Virus record (IMG/VR): IMGVR_UViG_3300042356_002199
Source: an uncultured virus (IMG/VR IMGVR_UViG_3300042356_002199)
Taxonomy: Duplodnaviria; Heunggongvirae; Uroviricota; Caudoviricetes
Direction: 5' to 3' (one strand)
Length of the DNA stretch: 64,000 bases
Shown here: in pieces, positions 8,986 through 21,500 of the stretch
How the letters are laid out: every line of letters begins with the position of its first letter
How positions within the stretch are numbered: the first letter of the stretch is position 1
Notes under the pieces: generated by a model
Databases searched by the model: none
Told to the model about the DNA's origin: nothing
The model's input: only the letters and a program-made list of their open reading frames with translations
Made by a program: the position numbers and the translations under genes

Positions 8986-9324
8986 TCAGGTTGTTGTTTC
9001 GTTTATGGCTTTTCGCATAGCCTCTATCATGCGTTCCTTATTGAAGCCACCGTTCATTACTACTCGTCCATTGGGCAAGCCGTTTTTAATGACGAGGAGA
9101 GCAGGTATCGATAAGATTTCGTACCGTTTGCCAAACTCTGGGAAATCTTCAATGTTGAGTTTTGCAAATGTAATCTCGCTTTGCATCTCTGTTGCGAGTT
9201 CGTCAATAATTGGAGCTATCTGGAGGCAGGGTTTGCACCATGGTGCCCAAAAATCAACAATAACCGGCAGTTCGGCGCTGTTAATAAATTCGTCGTATGT
9301 ATCAGATGTCAGCTCTGTTGTCAT
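8986..9324 (-). CDS. trxA: Thioredoxin
   Basis: VDFWAPWCKPC active site; SIPAL cis-Pro motif. Confidence 0.9.
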   Translation of the reverse strand: MTTELTSDTYDEFINSAELPVIVDFWAPWCKPCLQIAPIIDELATEMQSEITFAKLNIEDFPEFGKRYEILSIPALLVIKNGLPNGRVVMNGGFNKERMIEAMRKAINETTT

Positions 9325-9374
9325 GATGCAGATAGTATCCTAGTAGTTAATGAAAAGTGCAGCGTTTATTAAAT

Positions 9375-9821
9375 TTAGTCGTAGATTTCTTTTGTGAGTA
9401 AATCTTTTACATCTTCAGCCATCAACAGGAAACCCATGGTTGGGTTGCTGCCACCGACGGAAGTCTTTGTGGATTCGTTAAATTTATCCTTATTTAAACG
9501 TAAGTATCTTTTTAGTCTATTGACATCCACAATTACAAATCCTTGTTTTGGTGAAAATACATAAACCCACCACTTCGCTTCAGTGACATTGATGCCGCTT
9601 TTTTTCCAAATTGATTCATCATTTTGGTCGCGCAACCCTTTCGGGTTTTGGTCTGTTTCTACAAACATTCTGCCGTTTCTGTACCTATCCGTCTTGACTT
9701 CAAAAGAACCGTCTGACAGGACATTGAGAAAATCGGATATATCATTTTCGCTTTGTTGTCCAAATTTCAAGTCAGATGCAAAGTCAAAATTCCGTGCTGG
9801 GATGTCGAACTTATAGCTCAT
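9375..9821 (-). CDS. Putative PD-(D/E)xK nuclease-fold phage protein
   Basis: FEVKTD...FVE...SGINVTEAKWW pattern. Confidence 0.55.
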   Translation of the reverse strand: MSYKFDIPARNFDFASDLKFGQQSENDISDFLNVLSDGSFEVKTDRYRNGRMFVETDQNPKGLRDQNDESIWKKSGINVTEAKWWVYVFSPKQGFVIVDVNRLKRYLRLNKDKFNESTKTSVGGSNPTMGFLLMAEDVKDLLTKEIYD

Positions 9822-10050
9822 CCGGCACATCTCTAGTAATTAAAGTCTCAATTTCGCCTTCGGCGTTCGGCCCGTCATTGACTTGCAGACCAAGAATTTC
9901 AAATATATTTTCGGCAGCGTCTTCCGCGTTAAGGAGATTTTCTCGCTCGTCACCTGGACCGATGTCTTCTTTATCTATGAAATGATAAATTGTGTTTGCA
10001 ATTAAATCACTTAGAGAAAGTCTAAGTTCTGCTCCGCTTGAGTGTGTCAT
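9811..10050 (-). CDS. Acidic hypothetical protein
   Basis: ATG 10050 lies 7 nt after a putative -10 TAGTCT. Confidence 0.55.
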   Translation of the reverse strand: MTHSSGAELRLSLSDLIANTIYHFIDKEDIGPGDERENLLNAEDAAENIFEILGLQVNDGPNAEGEIETLITRDVPDEL

Positions 10051-10052
10051 GG

Positions 10053-10081
10053 TTGACAGACTACCATCGAGCCTGTATAGT
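10053..10081 (+). promoter_or_regulatory. Near-consensus sigma70 promoter for ssb
   Basis: TTGACA (10053-10058), 17-nt spacer, TATAGT (10076-10081). Confidence 0.7.
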
Positions 10082-10123
10082 GAGTACGCCTTAGGGCAAC
10101 ACTTAGAGAAAAGAGACAAACCA

Positions 10124-10600
10124 ATGAATTTAGCCCCAATCACAATCATCGGGAATCTGACAGCAGACCCCGAACTTACCTACACAACAACAGGACAAGG
10201 GAAGCTTAGCTTCTCTGTAGCAAACACCCATATCTGGTACGACGCTGCCGGAGAAAAGCAAGAGAAGACTAGTTTCTTCAACATCACTGCATGGCGCTAT
10301 CTTGCCGAGAACTCCGCACGCACCCTTGAAAAAGGTATTGGAGTCATCGTCTATGGCCGTCTTGAGCAACGCACCTACGATGACAAAGAGGGCAATAAGC
10401 GCTCTGTTGTTGAGGTAGTTGCAGAGGAAATTGCAATCTCCACCAAGTCACTAGAGACCATCGAGCGTCGCCTGCGCAGTGAAAACTCCGAAGGCGGAGC
10501 ACCTCGTGGAGGTTCTGCTCAGCCACGTCGAGCTCGCCCAAGCGCGGCAAAAGTCCCAGCAGGCGCAATGTTGATGCCAGAATCAGAAGAACCATTCTGA
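10124..10600 (+). CDS. ssb: Single-stranded DNA-binding protein
   Basis: ITIIGNLTADPEL, GRLEQRTY motifs; acidic C-terminal EEPF tail. Confidence 0.92.
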   Translation: MNLAPITIIGNLTADPELTYTTTGQGKLSFSVANTHIWYDAAGEKQEKTSFFNITAWRYLAENSARTLEKGIGVIVYGRLEQRTYDDKEGNKRSVVEVVAEEIAISTKSLETIERRLRSENSEGGAPRGGSAQPRRARPSAAKVPAGAMLMPESEEPF

Positions 10601-10649
10601 GCATTAAGTAGCCGTTATAGGGGCCTAATAAGCCCCACACGAAGAGCAA

Positions 10650-10690
10650 GAACCCGACCACTAGGGAAGCCTGGTATGGTCGGGTTTTTG
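10650..10690 (+). terminator. Rho-independent terminator after ssb
   Basis: AACCCGACCA / TGGTCGGGTT stem followed by a T tract. Confidence 0.7.
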
Positions 10691-10806
10691 CATTTATGGG
10701 CACATTTGGTGAATTAAAAACTTTTTAAAAAAAAATGTTGCTAAAGCAAAAAGGTCGCCATATCATTTGAATTCCCATCAACCCACTTATTAAAAGGGAG
10801 ATAAAA

Positions 10807-11055
10807 ATGTCAGAATACAGCAAGCTTCTTCAAAAAGGAATTAACCGAGGTAGGCCTCCACATAGCCCAGAGCAGAAGGCCGCATCAACGCTACGAAACT
10901 CGCTTCGTCAGGAAGCACGTCGTCGTGCACACCTGGTACTCAAGACTCGCTACTGGGACGAGTTTGACGAAATCTATGAAGCCGAAATGAAAGAACTTGT
11001 CAAGAAAGCTTCTGCGTTAAATTCCACCAAATCACGCAAGACTCGCAAGCCCTAG
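10807..11055 (+). CDS. Basic protein with AT-hook-like RGRP motif
   Basis: SD GGGAG; RGRPP. Confidence 0.6.
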   Translation: MSEYSKLLQKGINRGRPPHSPEQKAASTLRNSLRQEARRRAHLVLKTRYWDEFDEIYEAEMKELVKKASALNSTKSRKTRKP

Positions 11056-11258
11056 TCCTCGTCCTGGTCTTCTTCTTGGTCGTCTTTTTCTTCTGAAAAA
11101 GCCAGTTCTCCGGTTTTAAATCGCATGTTTTTTCGCAAGTGCTTAAGCGTGGCGACCAAGTCGAGGGCCCGTTCCTGGTCCTGAGTGAGTCTTTTTGAGT
11201 CAATAGCGGCGATGTCTGCGAGAATTTTAATATCGCCATCAAATCCTGGGAATGTCAT
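11052..11258 (-). CDS. Hypothetical protein with acidic tail
   Basis: SD AAGGA before ATG 11258. Confidence 0.5.
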   Translation of the reverse strand: MTFPGFDGDIKILADIAAIDSKRLTQDQERALDLVATLKHLRKNMRFKTGELAFSEEKDDQEEDQDED

Positions 11259-11259
11259 A

Positions 11260-11445
11260 TTAAAAGTCCTTCTCTTTACGGAACCTTGTATTGCGCTTGA
11301 GCGCCTTTCGCCTGGATGAACCATATTCTAGCTCAAGCCAGTCATCAAAGTCCTCGTATGCGCCAGGACTATGCTGCATATATCTTTCGTACTCGGCTAG
11401 GAGCTGTAGATATTCTTCGTCGTCTGGGTCAAAATGCGTTGCCAT
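11260..11445 (-). CDS. Hypothetical protein
   Basis: ATG 11445 follows the upstream stop. Confidence 0.5.
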   Translation of the reverse strand: MATHFDPDDEEYLQLLAEYERYMQHSPGAYEDFDDWLELEYGSSRRKALKRNTRFRKEKDF

Positions 11446-11446
11446 G

Positions 11447-11935
11447 TTATGCTTTTTTTCTCGCTTTGGCCGCGGCTTCAGTATTGGGGACAAACTGTCG
11501 GCCCTTGCGGCTTCCTATTGTTTTCTTTCTATTGGTTGCAGTTCTTTGTGCCGGCGTCAACTTTGACCACGCCTTTGCTGGCAAGTATCTGGTAGTTCCA
11601 CCTTTTCTGATTGCGGGCTTGCCGTCAGAGGTCGTCCATTTTTCACGAGTCCACTTCTTTAGAGAGCGCTGTGCTTTCTTCGGCTTGCCCCTATATCCTC
11701 CGCCAGCTTTTCGGTATTCCATCGCCAGAAGCTGCGCTTTTCTTGCACTCCACTGACCAGGCTTCCCTCCTCGCGAGCCAGCCATTATTCGGTTCTTAAT
11801 CCGTTCGCGAACATTCGGCTTCGTGTAAGACATTTTTGCAGTTTTTTCCAGCACCCCTGGGGCATCTTCTACAAACTTTGCGATTGAGTCTTCGACCCAA
11901 GCAGGCGAGTCCGGTGAATTTTTATTTTCTCTCAT
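11447..11935 (-). CDS. Conserved basic phage protein (probably virion-associated)
   Basis: GGKPGQWSARKAQLL..EY...GGGY and SLKKWT.EKW motifs common in phage head-region proteins. Confidence 0.7.
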   Translation of the reverse strand: MRENKNSPDSPAWVEDSIAKFVEDAPGVLEKTAKMSYTKPNVRERIKNRIMAGSRGGKPGQWSARKAQLLAMEYRKAGGGYRGKPKKAQRSLKKWTREKWTTSDGKPAIRKGGTTRYLPAKAWSKLTPAQRTATNRKKTIGSRKGRQFVPNTEAAAKARKKA

Positions 11936-12174
11936 TTTTTCTTTTTCTCTTTTTGTTCTCTCTTGAGCGGCTTCATATATATAGGTGGCGTTGGAGTGCC
12001 CAAGGACGGTATGTCTAAAACAGAAACCTTACTATTTTTTGTTTCTTCTTTTGCCTTATTTTTTCCCGTCATTTGTCTTTTCGCAACAGGTAGTCCACGT
12101 TTTCCTATTTCGTTTAATTCTAAACTAAAAATATCTTTGTTGTCTTCTTCTTTACCAGGGCCCATAGTGTCCAT
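11932..12174 (-). CDS. Lys-rich hypothetical protein
   Basis: ORF overlapping the ends of its neighbours. Confidence 0.45.
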   Translation of the reverse strand: MDTMGPGKEEDNKDIFSLELNEIGKRGLPVAKRQMTGKNKAKEETKNSKVSVLDIPSLGTPTPPIYMKPLKREQKEKKKK

Positions 12175-12559
12175 TTTCGCTCATGCTCTTTTCTGCTTCT
12201 TCAAGGCTGAATACACTTACGTCCTGCTCTGCAATGTTGCCAATGGCGTAATAAACAGCCTTCGGGATTTCAACTTCATTCCCATTAGAGTAGTCCCTAA
12301 CCCACTCGACGCCGTCTCTCATGAATTCGTTCCATGCGTGCGGGAACCTGAGTCCTTCGGCATCTCCTCCCGTTCCAAGGGGATAGCCATGAGCTATTTT
12401 CATGCTTTCATAAGTTTCGGCCAAATCTCTTGCCTGCTCTATTGCTTCACTAAAGCAATCTCCGTCTCCGTTAGGGACTTTCTGATTATATTTTTTCTCG
12501 AATTCATCGTCATGCAATTGCATACTTCGTAGTAGGCGACCCCCGTTGTCGTCTGTTGC
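12152..12559 (-). other. Module: transglutaminase/papain-like Cys-His-Asp domain
   Basis: GDCFSEA, IAHG, FPHAWNE, VRDYSNG. Confidence 0.55.
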
Positions 12560-15500
12560 ACCACTTGAAAGGTGTTTCTGTGCGGCCTGTTCAAAAAGGG
12601 CGATAGAAGCATCTTCTACTTCTGTCATATTTGGAACGTTGAACTGATTTGGTACCTCAAAACTTGCTATCGGTGTTCTGGCCTCAAAAATCTGATACTC
12701 CTGAGACGGGAACCCTTCTACTACCTCTCGCTCGGGAACTCTTACGAGATATGTTTTACTTGTTGGGAAGGCATTGCGCACGTATCCCCTGCTAGGCCCG
12801 AAGGAAGCATGGTTATAACTAAGATGTTCTTTGCCTGCTTTTGCTAGCGGATAGGCATATTCATATCGCGCCATCACCCTTCGTCCATTATCAATATAGC
12901 CACGAGCAATGTCCCTCAAATATTCAGGATTAATGCGTTCGTCATCTTGGCCCGCTACGTAGGTCTGATATTCCTTGCGGTCCCTATCCCTGCCTGGAAC
13001 TCTTGTGTTTTGGGCCAACTTTGGCCCATCCCAAACTCCAGTTTCATCATATTCTTTCAGCGCGAGTTGATAGGCATTGAAATTGCTTTCCGCCTCCTCG
13101 TAGAGGCTAATTATACTGTTTCGGGTTGTCTCATTGAGCCTCTGGGTATCCATGCCTTGACGCAAGTAGGTTCCGTCTCCGCCCTTGGGTAGCGTAAATG
13201 ATGGGTCGAGGACTCCGCCCTCGAGTATCGGTGCGCCAGTATGAATCAACCACATCGCATCGGGGTCATCTTTGGTTAACGACCACTCCCTGTCCTCCCA
13301 CGAACCACGTGATTCTCTTATTTTTTTGCCACGTTCGGCTAGGGCTGCAAAATTTGGGAGGTCGGCGATTGATACGGCATTTACATGTGCAATATCTCCA
13401 TCATTTTCCATTCTGTCCAAATTGATAAGTCGTTCATTTACGTGGTCTAGTTGTTTTTCAATTTGAGATAGGTAGCCATTAAATGTGGAACTTAAAGTGT
13501 CCTTGTCCCCCATCCCACTTGATTCTTCTGCTGAGATATTTCGGGTTATGCCTGATTTGGGATTTTTCGTTCGTGGTAATGCGACGCCGTTTGTTTCCCC
13601 ATTCCATACGCCCGTTTTTTGCCATTCATCAATAGTTTTTGACAAGGCAGATTGTTCGTCTTGTAATACTTTTTGCAACCGTTCTAAGTCTGCTCGCCCA
13701 AAAGTATTTCGTAATTCCGACCCTGATTTGCCAAATGAATCACTTGCAGTGACGTCCATCCATTGAGAAAGTATTGTTGAACCACTACTAAGAGTGTCGC
13801 CACCAGAAGAGAGGGATTCCTGTTCTGAGTCTTCTATGAACTTTCGTTTAGCATCCTCAAATTCAGAAACCGCTTTCTCAAATTTAATTTGCGTCTTACT
13901 CTCTTTATCACGACGCTTGCCTTTGTCTAGGACGTCAGCTGGCCAATTATTTTCAATAGCACCATCAACAATTGCTTGTAGAACTTTTGCCGTTGCTTCG
14001 GCGTCCGCATCGGCGTTATGATGCTTGTCCCCAAGGTCAACGCCAAGATATTTAGTTATGTCCCCAAGTGAGTTTGAAGGTGACTTGGTCCCATCCTTGT
14101 TCACTCTGAACGGTGCGTCGGGATTCGTCTCTGACCATTTTGGAAGTACCATGTCGGAAATTTCCTTGGTGTCAATAATTCCCTTGGGTCTCCATTCAAT
14201 GCCTGATTCTTTCAACGCGTCTTCTAGGACTTCGTTATCGAAAACAGCATTTTGCATGCCCATCAACTCTGTATCACCCATGAATTCAACCAGTTGCCTA
14301 TGGGCCTCTGCTATTGAAGGCTTGTCTGCTAGGTATGCATCTGTTATTGGGTTGCCATCTCCATCCTTGAGATTGTCTTGCGACCATTTTTCCCATTCCG
14401 ACATTGGCATGCCGGGGTTAACAAAAACGTTGAATCGCGCAATTACTTCACCATTCTTCATTTTTACAGCGCCTATTTGAGTAGGAGAGCCGTTCCCTGC
14501 AGATTCGTTGAACTTGTCAAATTTAAGACCAGTTGTTTCGTAGTCAATGAAAACTATTTCTTTGTCTGCAATGGCGCTCTTGAAATCTTCCCAATTAGTT
14601 ATTCCGTCAAATTCCGAATCCGCAGAGCCAATAAAGGCGCCCATGGTTGGCTTACGAGGATATTGCGGAGGCTTCGCTCCAGATGAAAGCTCTTGTATTT
14701 GCGCCATGAAGCTTCTATTTGTTGCATAATTATGCGCGTGGGTATTTCGTAATTTTTCGCTCGAAATAGTGAAGGTATGTTTCTTTCTGACGTTCGTCTG
14801 TCCTCTGGCGCCTAAATCAACTGTTGATGTTTCATGACTAACTAAAGCATCCCCGAGTTTTTCTTTGAGGGATTCCAGCATGTCCGGCGTTGAGTCGTCT
14901 GTTTCTATGGCAACAAGATTGTATGAATTGTTTCTGTTGCCAGAAGACAGTGCCGCGCTTCGTGCTTGTCCGTCCGTCTTGAGAACTAAGGCACCCTTTT
15001 CTTGAGGGTCAAAAGCGCCAACCTGACGTAGGGTGACTACTTCTTTATATAGTCCTGCTGGGTCCGGCTCAACGCTAATAACTTCAAGCCTTCCTCCAGA
15101 AATATGCTCACGTGGGCTCCTGTTACTGCTTTCATCATATAATGACTCGTGATAATACAGTGCCTCGTAATAGCCTTCGTGGTCTTCTGGAAGGGGCTCT
15201 CCCTCCCATTCGAGATTTATGCTTTCATTTCCTGTTTCTTCAAGAGCTTCTCCCATCTCCGTTTTTAAACGGCGCCTCTCCGATGGGTCTCTAGACTCTC
15301 TATAGTCTTCAACAAGTTTAATAAGTCTGTTAGCAAACTCTGTATCAAACTCGATATTCTCTTCATCAATTTCTCCTCTTTCTACACCAGCCAAGATGCT
15401 TTCCGCAAACTCATTAATATTGTAAAGAGTGTCGCTTTCATCCGTGCTATTGAAAAGTGGTTCAAATGTTCCTTCTGCTTTATAGGCGCCAGGGAAGTCT

Positions 15501-18500
15501 TCGAGAACCAAAAGAGCATCGGTACCAAACTTGGTCAAAAAATGTCCTCCACTAGGGGATGGTCCTTTATCAACAAAAGCAATTAATGGAATATCGACCT
15601 GAGCACCAACTTGCATTGCGTCAAAAAATTGTTTTGCTTCTTCCGGGGAGGAGAATGTCATGGCCCTGTATAGATAGGGCTGTCTGTCGTATTTGCCTTT
15701 ATTTAGCAAAGAATCAACGATGTTGGCCATAATATAGCGAGCCTGCTCGGTTCTTGCTTCTGGAGAGACGGTGGCGTCAAATCGCATTGCATCTCCCCAA
15801 AATCCACGAGTTTCATCAATATTGGGGTCTCTGTCAGAATAATCTTTTATTCCGGCAAGTTCGTAAGAAGCCATTCTTATCTGACGACACGGCATCCATT
15901 CTTCCCAGTCCCTTACCGACTCGCTCATTACTTGTTCTTTTTGTTGCTGGTCGTGGTCGGGTAATGCTCCCACTGCAGCATAATCAATAATGTCTTCGAC
16001 GGATTTCCATTTTGGAGTATGGGGTTTTTTCCCAGAAGATAAAGATTCTTTTCTTGACGGCGTACTAGTCCGACCCTCCCCTGTCCGCACCACGTCAAAT
16101 ATTCTAGACATGACGCTGCGTTCTCCATCCGGAGCAACCCTCGTCTCAGCGTTAGAAGAAAGTTGAATCGTCGGCCTTCCGTCGGTACGAGCTGCCCATG
16201 GCAAATTACTGGGGTCAACACCGGCGAGCGCATACACGTCATCGCGTAGTTTTTTGCTCAGAGCAAGTTTGGGCATGTCTTTGTTTGGATGCATAATTGC
16301 AACAAATGCTTCGGCAATAGCTTCCCGCTTGTTTACATTTCCATATGACGTTGCCGTTAGGGCCTTGTCGCGATTGGCTCCGAACATTTCCTCCGCACTA
16401 CGTTCAGTTAAGTCTATGAACTCAGACCAGATTTTAATAGCCTCATCGTCCGCATCGGGGTTCATGTACTCGTCTGCTACTTCTAATGCAGCGACATAGC
16501 GTGGGTCACCAATATCCCCGGAGCCGTAGAAAGACTTTTCTTTGCGCGATTTACCATTCGCCTCCGAGTCCCATGCGGCCCTGTAATGAAGCCAGTGACC
16601 ATATTCGTGCATTACAACACCGTGGAGCGACCTATCAACGTGTGCATCTCGTGGTTGAGGAATTCTGGCAGGGTCAAGATTAATCGGGTAAACGCCTTTT
16701 TCATTCGTTGTCATCGACTCTCTGTCAATGAGGGCGCGTGGTGCTAGCCCTATTAATCCAAATGCAGGAGAAGATAAACCGCTAATAAATTGCGACTTTT
16801 CCGCTCCGCGTTGCTGACGACTGAGTTCTAAGCGTTCTTTCATTTCGGGAGATACTTCAAAACCCTCCATTGCTTCACGCGTGAAGGAAACAATCATCGG
16901 CGAACCAAAGTTTTCAAACATCCACAACATCTGTGGAGAAGATTTGAGCATTCCCTCCACTAACTCTTGTGTAGCTTTTACGTTCTCTGGTGAGTAATCA
17001 ATATCTAGACTGTTTTTATTAGCCCTCAACTCGTCGTAGTACTTCTGCAGGAACTCGCGCTCTTTGCTGTTTGTTCTCCATGAACCACCAGCCATATCGT
17101 CTGCCCACATTTCAAAATGTTCCGCTTGTGAGCTCGGAATAATAACGCGAGAGATTTCTTCTGGGGTCATTCCAGCAAGCCACTTATTTGAGTTTCTGCG
17201 TACTTCATTCCCGGAAGCATCTGGCTTGCCGTACCCCTTTACTGCACGTCTTCCTGGTTCAATAGTTGGGCGTCTCAGAATGGGTCTTGCAAGTATGCGA
17301 GGACGCTCTCGTCCGGATGCAAGTCTATTGCTCATTCCTAAGGCGTCATACGCAAGAGCAAGCTCAACATCTTCAGGGTCGGCTTCATAGATTGACTTAC
17401 GGCCAGATGAAAGCCCCTTAGTGGTTGATGCTGCATCAAGTTTCTTGATAACGGAACCAAAATCACCTGCATATACGCGTGGTGTTGATGTGCGTGTATC
17501 GCCTACGTCTTGATATGCGACGTCAAGTATGGTTCTTGCTCGATTAATGCGCTGAACGATTCCTGTAGTATCTTTTGCCTCATCATTTCTACCCTCTTTG
17601 ATTCGATTGGCAGAGTAAAGTAAATAGTGAAGGTGTTTTACAGCTAATTTTTCTTTTGGCGTCAAAGGAGAATCGGGGTGGTCAATGATTGACATCATGG
17701 CTAGGTCATTGGCCCACTCCCCGTGACGGTCAAAGCCTCTTCCTGTTCCCAAGTGCCCGAATAGGTCATGAGAATCCTGAAGAGCCTTACCAGTGAGCCC
17801 CATATTAAATTTAGATGGGTCAGTTATCCCGCCGATGTAACCACGAATATAGGTAGAAGAGTTGTGAATTCTTCTAGAGCCTTGAACAAAGAGTCCCTCA
17901 TCCCCCATCAATTTGCCAGCCCGACGCGAAAGCTCCACCATAAATTCTGAATGTTTTTTCCATGCCTCGATATATGGCTTGGGCAATGTGTCTTGCTGTA
18001 AGCGTGGAAGACTGAGCTTGTCACCCGCTATTACGAATCCTAATGGAGCTATCATTTCCAACAATGGGAATCTAGTTCTGGCTTCTTCGCTCTCAAATTC
18101 CAAGGAAGAGCTGCCATCTTTATCTATTTTTCTTGCAACAATATTGCCATCAGTGTCGAGCCAAACATTGTTTTTAAATATAAGAGTGTCTTTAAGTGCT
18201 TCATCAAGTATCGAAAGAACATCATCTCGTTTTGGTAGCTCGACAGTACTCCAGTCTCGTTTGTCTGGAATTTGTTCTGCCAGTTGAGGTATTGGGTCAG
18301 CAGACACGAACGGGATTCCGTCAGAAGCAATATCAATCGCTATCGAGGACAGTAACTGCTCCCCAGTTTCGGAAAATGCGTCGCTGACCTCAACATCTAA
18401 GAGTGTTTTTTCAGCAATTTCGTCCAATAAACCAGGAATAGTATTTTCAATAGTGTTCTTTTGATTTGTTGTTAGCTCTGTGCCGGTTTTTTCTTCTATT

Positions 18501-21500
18501 TTTTTTATTATTCTTTCAGCAACTCTTTTGCTGGTCAACACCTCTCGCGATGAGCCCATTCGAGTGGCCTCTTCTTGAGTTACTTCTCTTGGTTCATCAA
18601 ACGCATCCGCGAGGTTTGCTCCAGATTTTGGCGTACGTCGTTGTACTCTTCCAGAAGAAAACCCACTGTCTTCATAAATTGTTTCAATTCTGGCTGAGGA
18701 GTACTTATCCGAATTGCTATCGTAAATTCTTAATTTTGCATTAGGACTCAATCGGCCGTAGTCATAGGCGGCCATGCGAGAAGAGGCGCTATTTACATAA
18801 AAATTATCAAATTCTGCCAACCTGACACTTGGGTGGTCTGCGTGAGGCGACCCCACGACACCTTCGGCATATTCGGGGTATTCTTTCGGTATATCCTGCA
18901 GTGCGACCACCCCCACCCGGTCGTCGGCATTCGGCGTTTCTGAAAAACTTTCTCCGCCTAAAAGCGTCGGCGTAATATATTCGGGATGCCCATTGTGCAG
19001 TTTGCCTACTTCAAGCAAGGCCTCATGAACGGATTCCTTCAATTCCTTGCCAGAGCCTTCCACGACCTTTCCTTTTTTCATTGGTATGACAAGTCCTTCA
19101 CCTGGCTTTGGTGTGAGGAATGTGTCAACTACGAAAAGGTTGTCCAAGGAGCCGGGGTTAGCGTCAAGTACGTCTCTTAGTGGAACGATGATAACGCTTG
19201 TTGATTCCGTGGGCTCATTTCTCCACATATGACCCTTGACCATGTGATTAAGGGTCATATGTATGGAATCGCGGTCTGGCATGGCGACTGGCTTGCCTGA
19301 TATGGGGTCCAATAATTGCTCGCCAGTATTGGGGTCAATTGGGATAAAATCCCCGGTTGGTTTAAGAATAATATTGCCGTCGTCATCATACTGAGGCTTA
19401 TATGATGTTTGGTGAACAAGAAACATGTCATCGATGCCTAGTGCTCTTGTTGTGCGGACGGTGTCGCCGTATTCATTGGTTCTTGTCGGGCCAAGAACGA
19501 CTTGCATATTTGGCGTGTCGTCCCAATAGGTGCCGTCAACGTCCCACATCTGTTCGTTGTACACCTTCGCAGCCGATACGAAATCTCGTCGGTTGTTTAC
19601 TAAAAGCTCCTCACCAATTTTTGCCAAACGTTCCAGTTCTTCTAGGGCAGGCTTATCTCCCCGCTTCGCAGCATAAGTTAAAGCTGCGACTAGGCCAACT
19701 TTTCTATTGCCAACACGCCCAGCCTCAATGTCGTCAAGAAGAGAAACTGCTTGAATCGCATGAAACATTTTCAACGCCCACTCTTGTCCTTCGGTGGAGG
19801 TTTTGGGCAGTCCGACAATTGCGTAAGGATTTAGAGGGACTATCTCTATATCTTCGGTATTGAACTCAGGCTGGAATCGGCCCAAGTCAGTATTGCCAAA
19901 CGCAAATTTTTTCCCGTCAATTTCGTAAACCGGGAATTCCATATATTGTTTTTGACTAGAGGTGGGGTCGGGCGTACCGCCAGAATCAATTAATTTAGTA
20001 CCTAGTTTCGGAAACTCCGTTGAACGCATCATCTCGACTGGTTCTGTTTTTACGGTTCCGATGCGCCCACTGGAAAGTGCGCCGGCTGGAGTCTTTCTCT
20101 TGGATACTTCACGCACGTAAAGAATCGACAATTCTTTTTCTTTGAATAATTCCGTTGCTCGTTGGAATTTGAGAAGATTTTCTGGGGTTGAGTCAGTTTC
20201 AAATAAGCCCGTATCAGGATTTTTCCGTATTAATGACGATATCCGGGATTTCTCTTCCGGACTAAACCAGTTCTGTTCAGTATCATCGAGGGCTTCTGCG
20301 ATTGTCCCAAGAAAAGTTTGTTTCCCTGGTTCCCCGGCCCACGTGAATCCATTTCTAGGCCAGTGCGTCGCCCCAATGGATTCTTCGGTATTGGACGTCC
20401 CCGCTGCAAATATTTTTAATTGACCGATAGCTTCGTATATTTTTTCATTTCTTGCATTGAATGCGCTTCCTATGCCGTGTCCTTGAGACTCCGAATTCAG
20501 AAAGAAAGTCTCATGCTGCATCGTCGCCGTTGGTTTATCTCCAGGAAAATACGAAAGCATTCTTGCGGAGCGACCAAATTGCACTTCTCCTTGGGTGCCG
20601 GGCCCAACCGACATCATCTCATCCCAAATCATTTCATCTGGCACCCCGGCTGCAGTTAGTCGTTCTGCGGCATCGGCAGTGGGGGTTAGTTTGAATTGAA
20701 ATCTTGCGGCTAGGCCAATGCCGGTTGAATCGGCTGAAAGAAATGGTTCAAAAGTTTGGTCTTGGACTAGTTGTATATCTTCTTCACTTACTTCGTCTAT
20801 CTCCACCTGCCAGCCAAGGGCTTCGAAAGATTCAGCAACATCAACAACAACAGTTTTTCCTAAATTTATTTTTTCGCCATTAGTAGCGGTGACGATGATG
20901 TCTTCCTCTAACTCAATTTCTCCACTAAAAATTTCACGTAATAAATCATGCACTCTTTTTCTTTGTGCTGCACGCTCTGGTGAATCATTTAAAATATCTA
21001 TTCCTGTGCCAAATACATCAGTATCTTCACTATACGAGTCGGCGCTATCAAGTAAATCGCTTTTTAATAATTCATTAAGCTCGTCTATCTGACGCAACTT
21101 TTCTTCGGTTAATTCTGGCTGAGCATCGACAAGCTCTTGATATTTTTTTCCAGACGAAAGACTGGACGGCCTATCTGGGGATTCCATGTTGGACGTAGCC
21201 GGTACTGCTTTTGAAAATGCTCGACCATCCTCGCTCAACGCATCACTGTGCTGAAGGTCCAACTCAGGGAAAGTTTCCCTATGTGTATTGAACATCTCTG
21301 CTGCGAGACCACGTCTTTGGTGTTTGGGTCTTGTGTTGATTTGAAAAACTTCAGTTCGACTGCCGCCACCGGGCGACCATACTTGCATGGCCGACATGGT
21401 TTTTATGGTCTTATCGTTGTCGAGCATGAACCTCAGAACATCCCTGTCGTCGATATCCTCCGGACCCAATGGAGATGGCTTATCGTTGAAGGGGTTCGCT

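Noticed and set aside
9992..10149. Overlapping N-terminal extensions of ssb and ORF 9811..10149
   Set aside because: The region holds divergent promoters; starts at 10124 and 10050 fit better.
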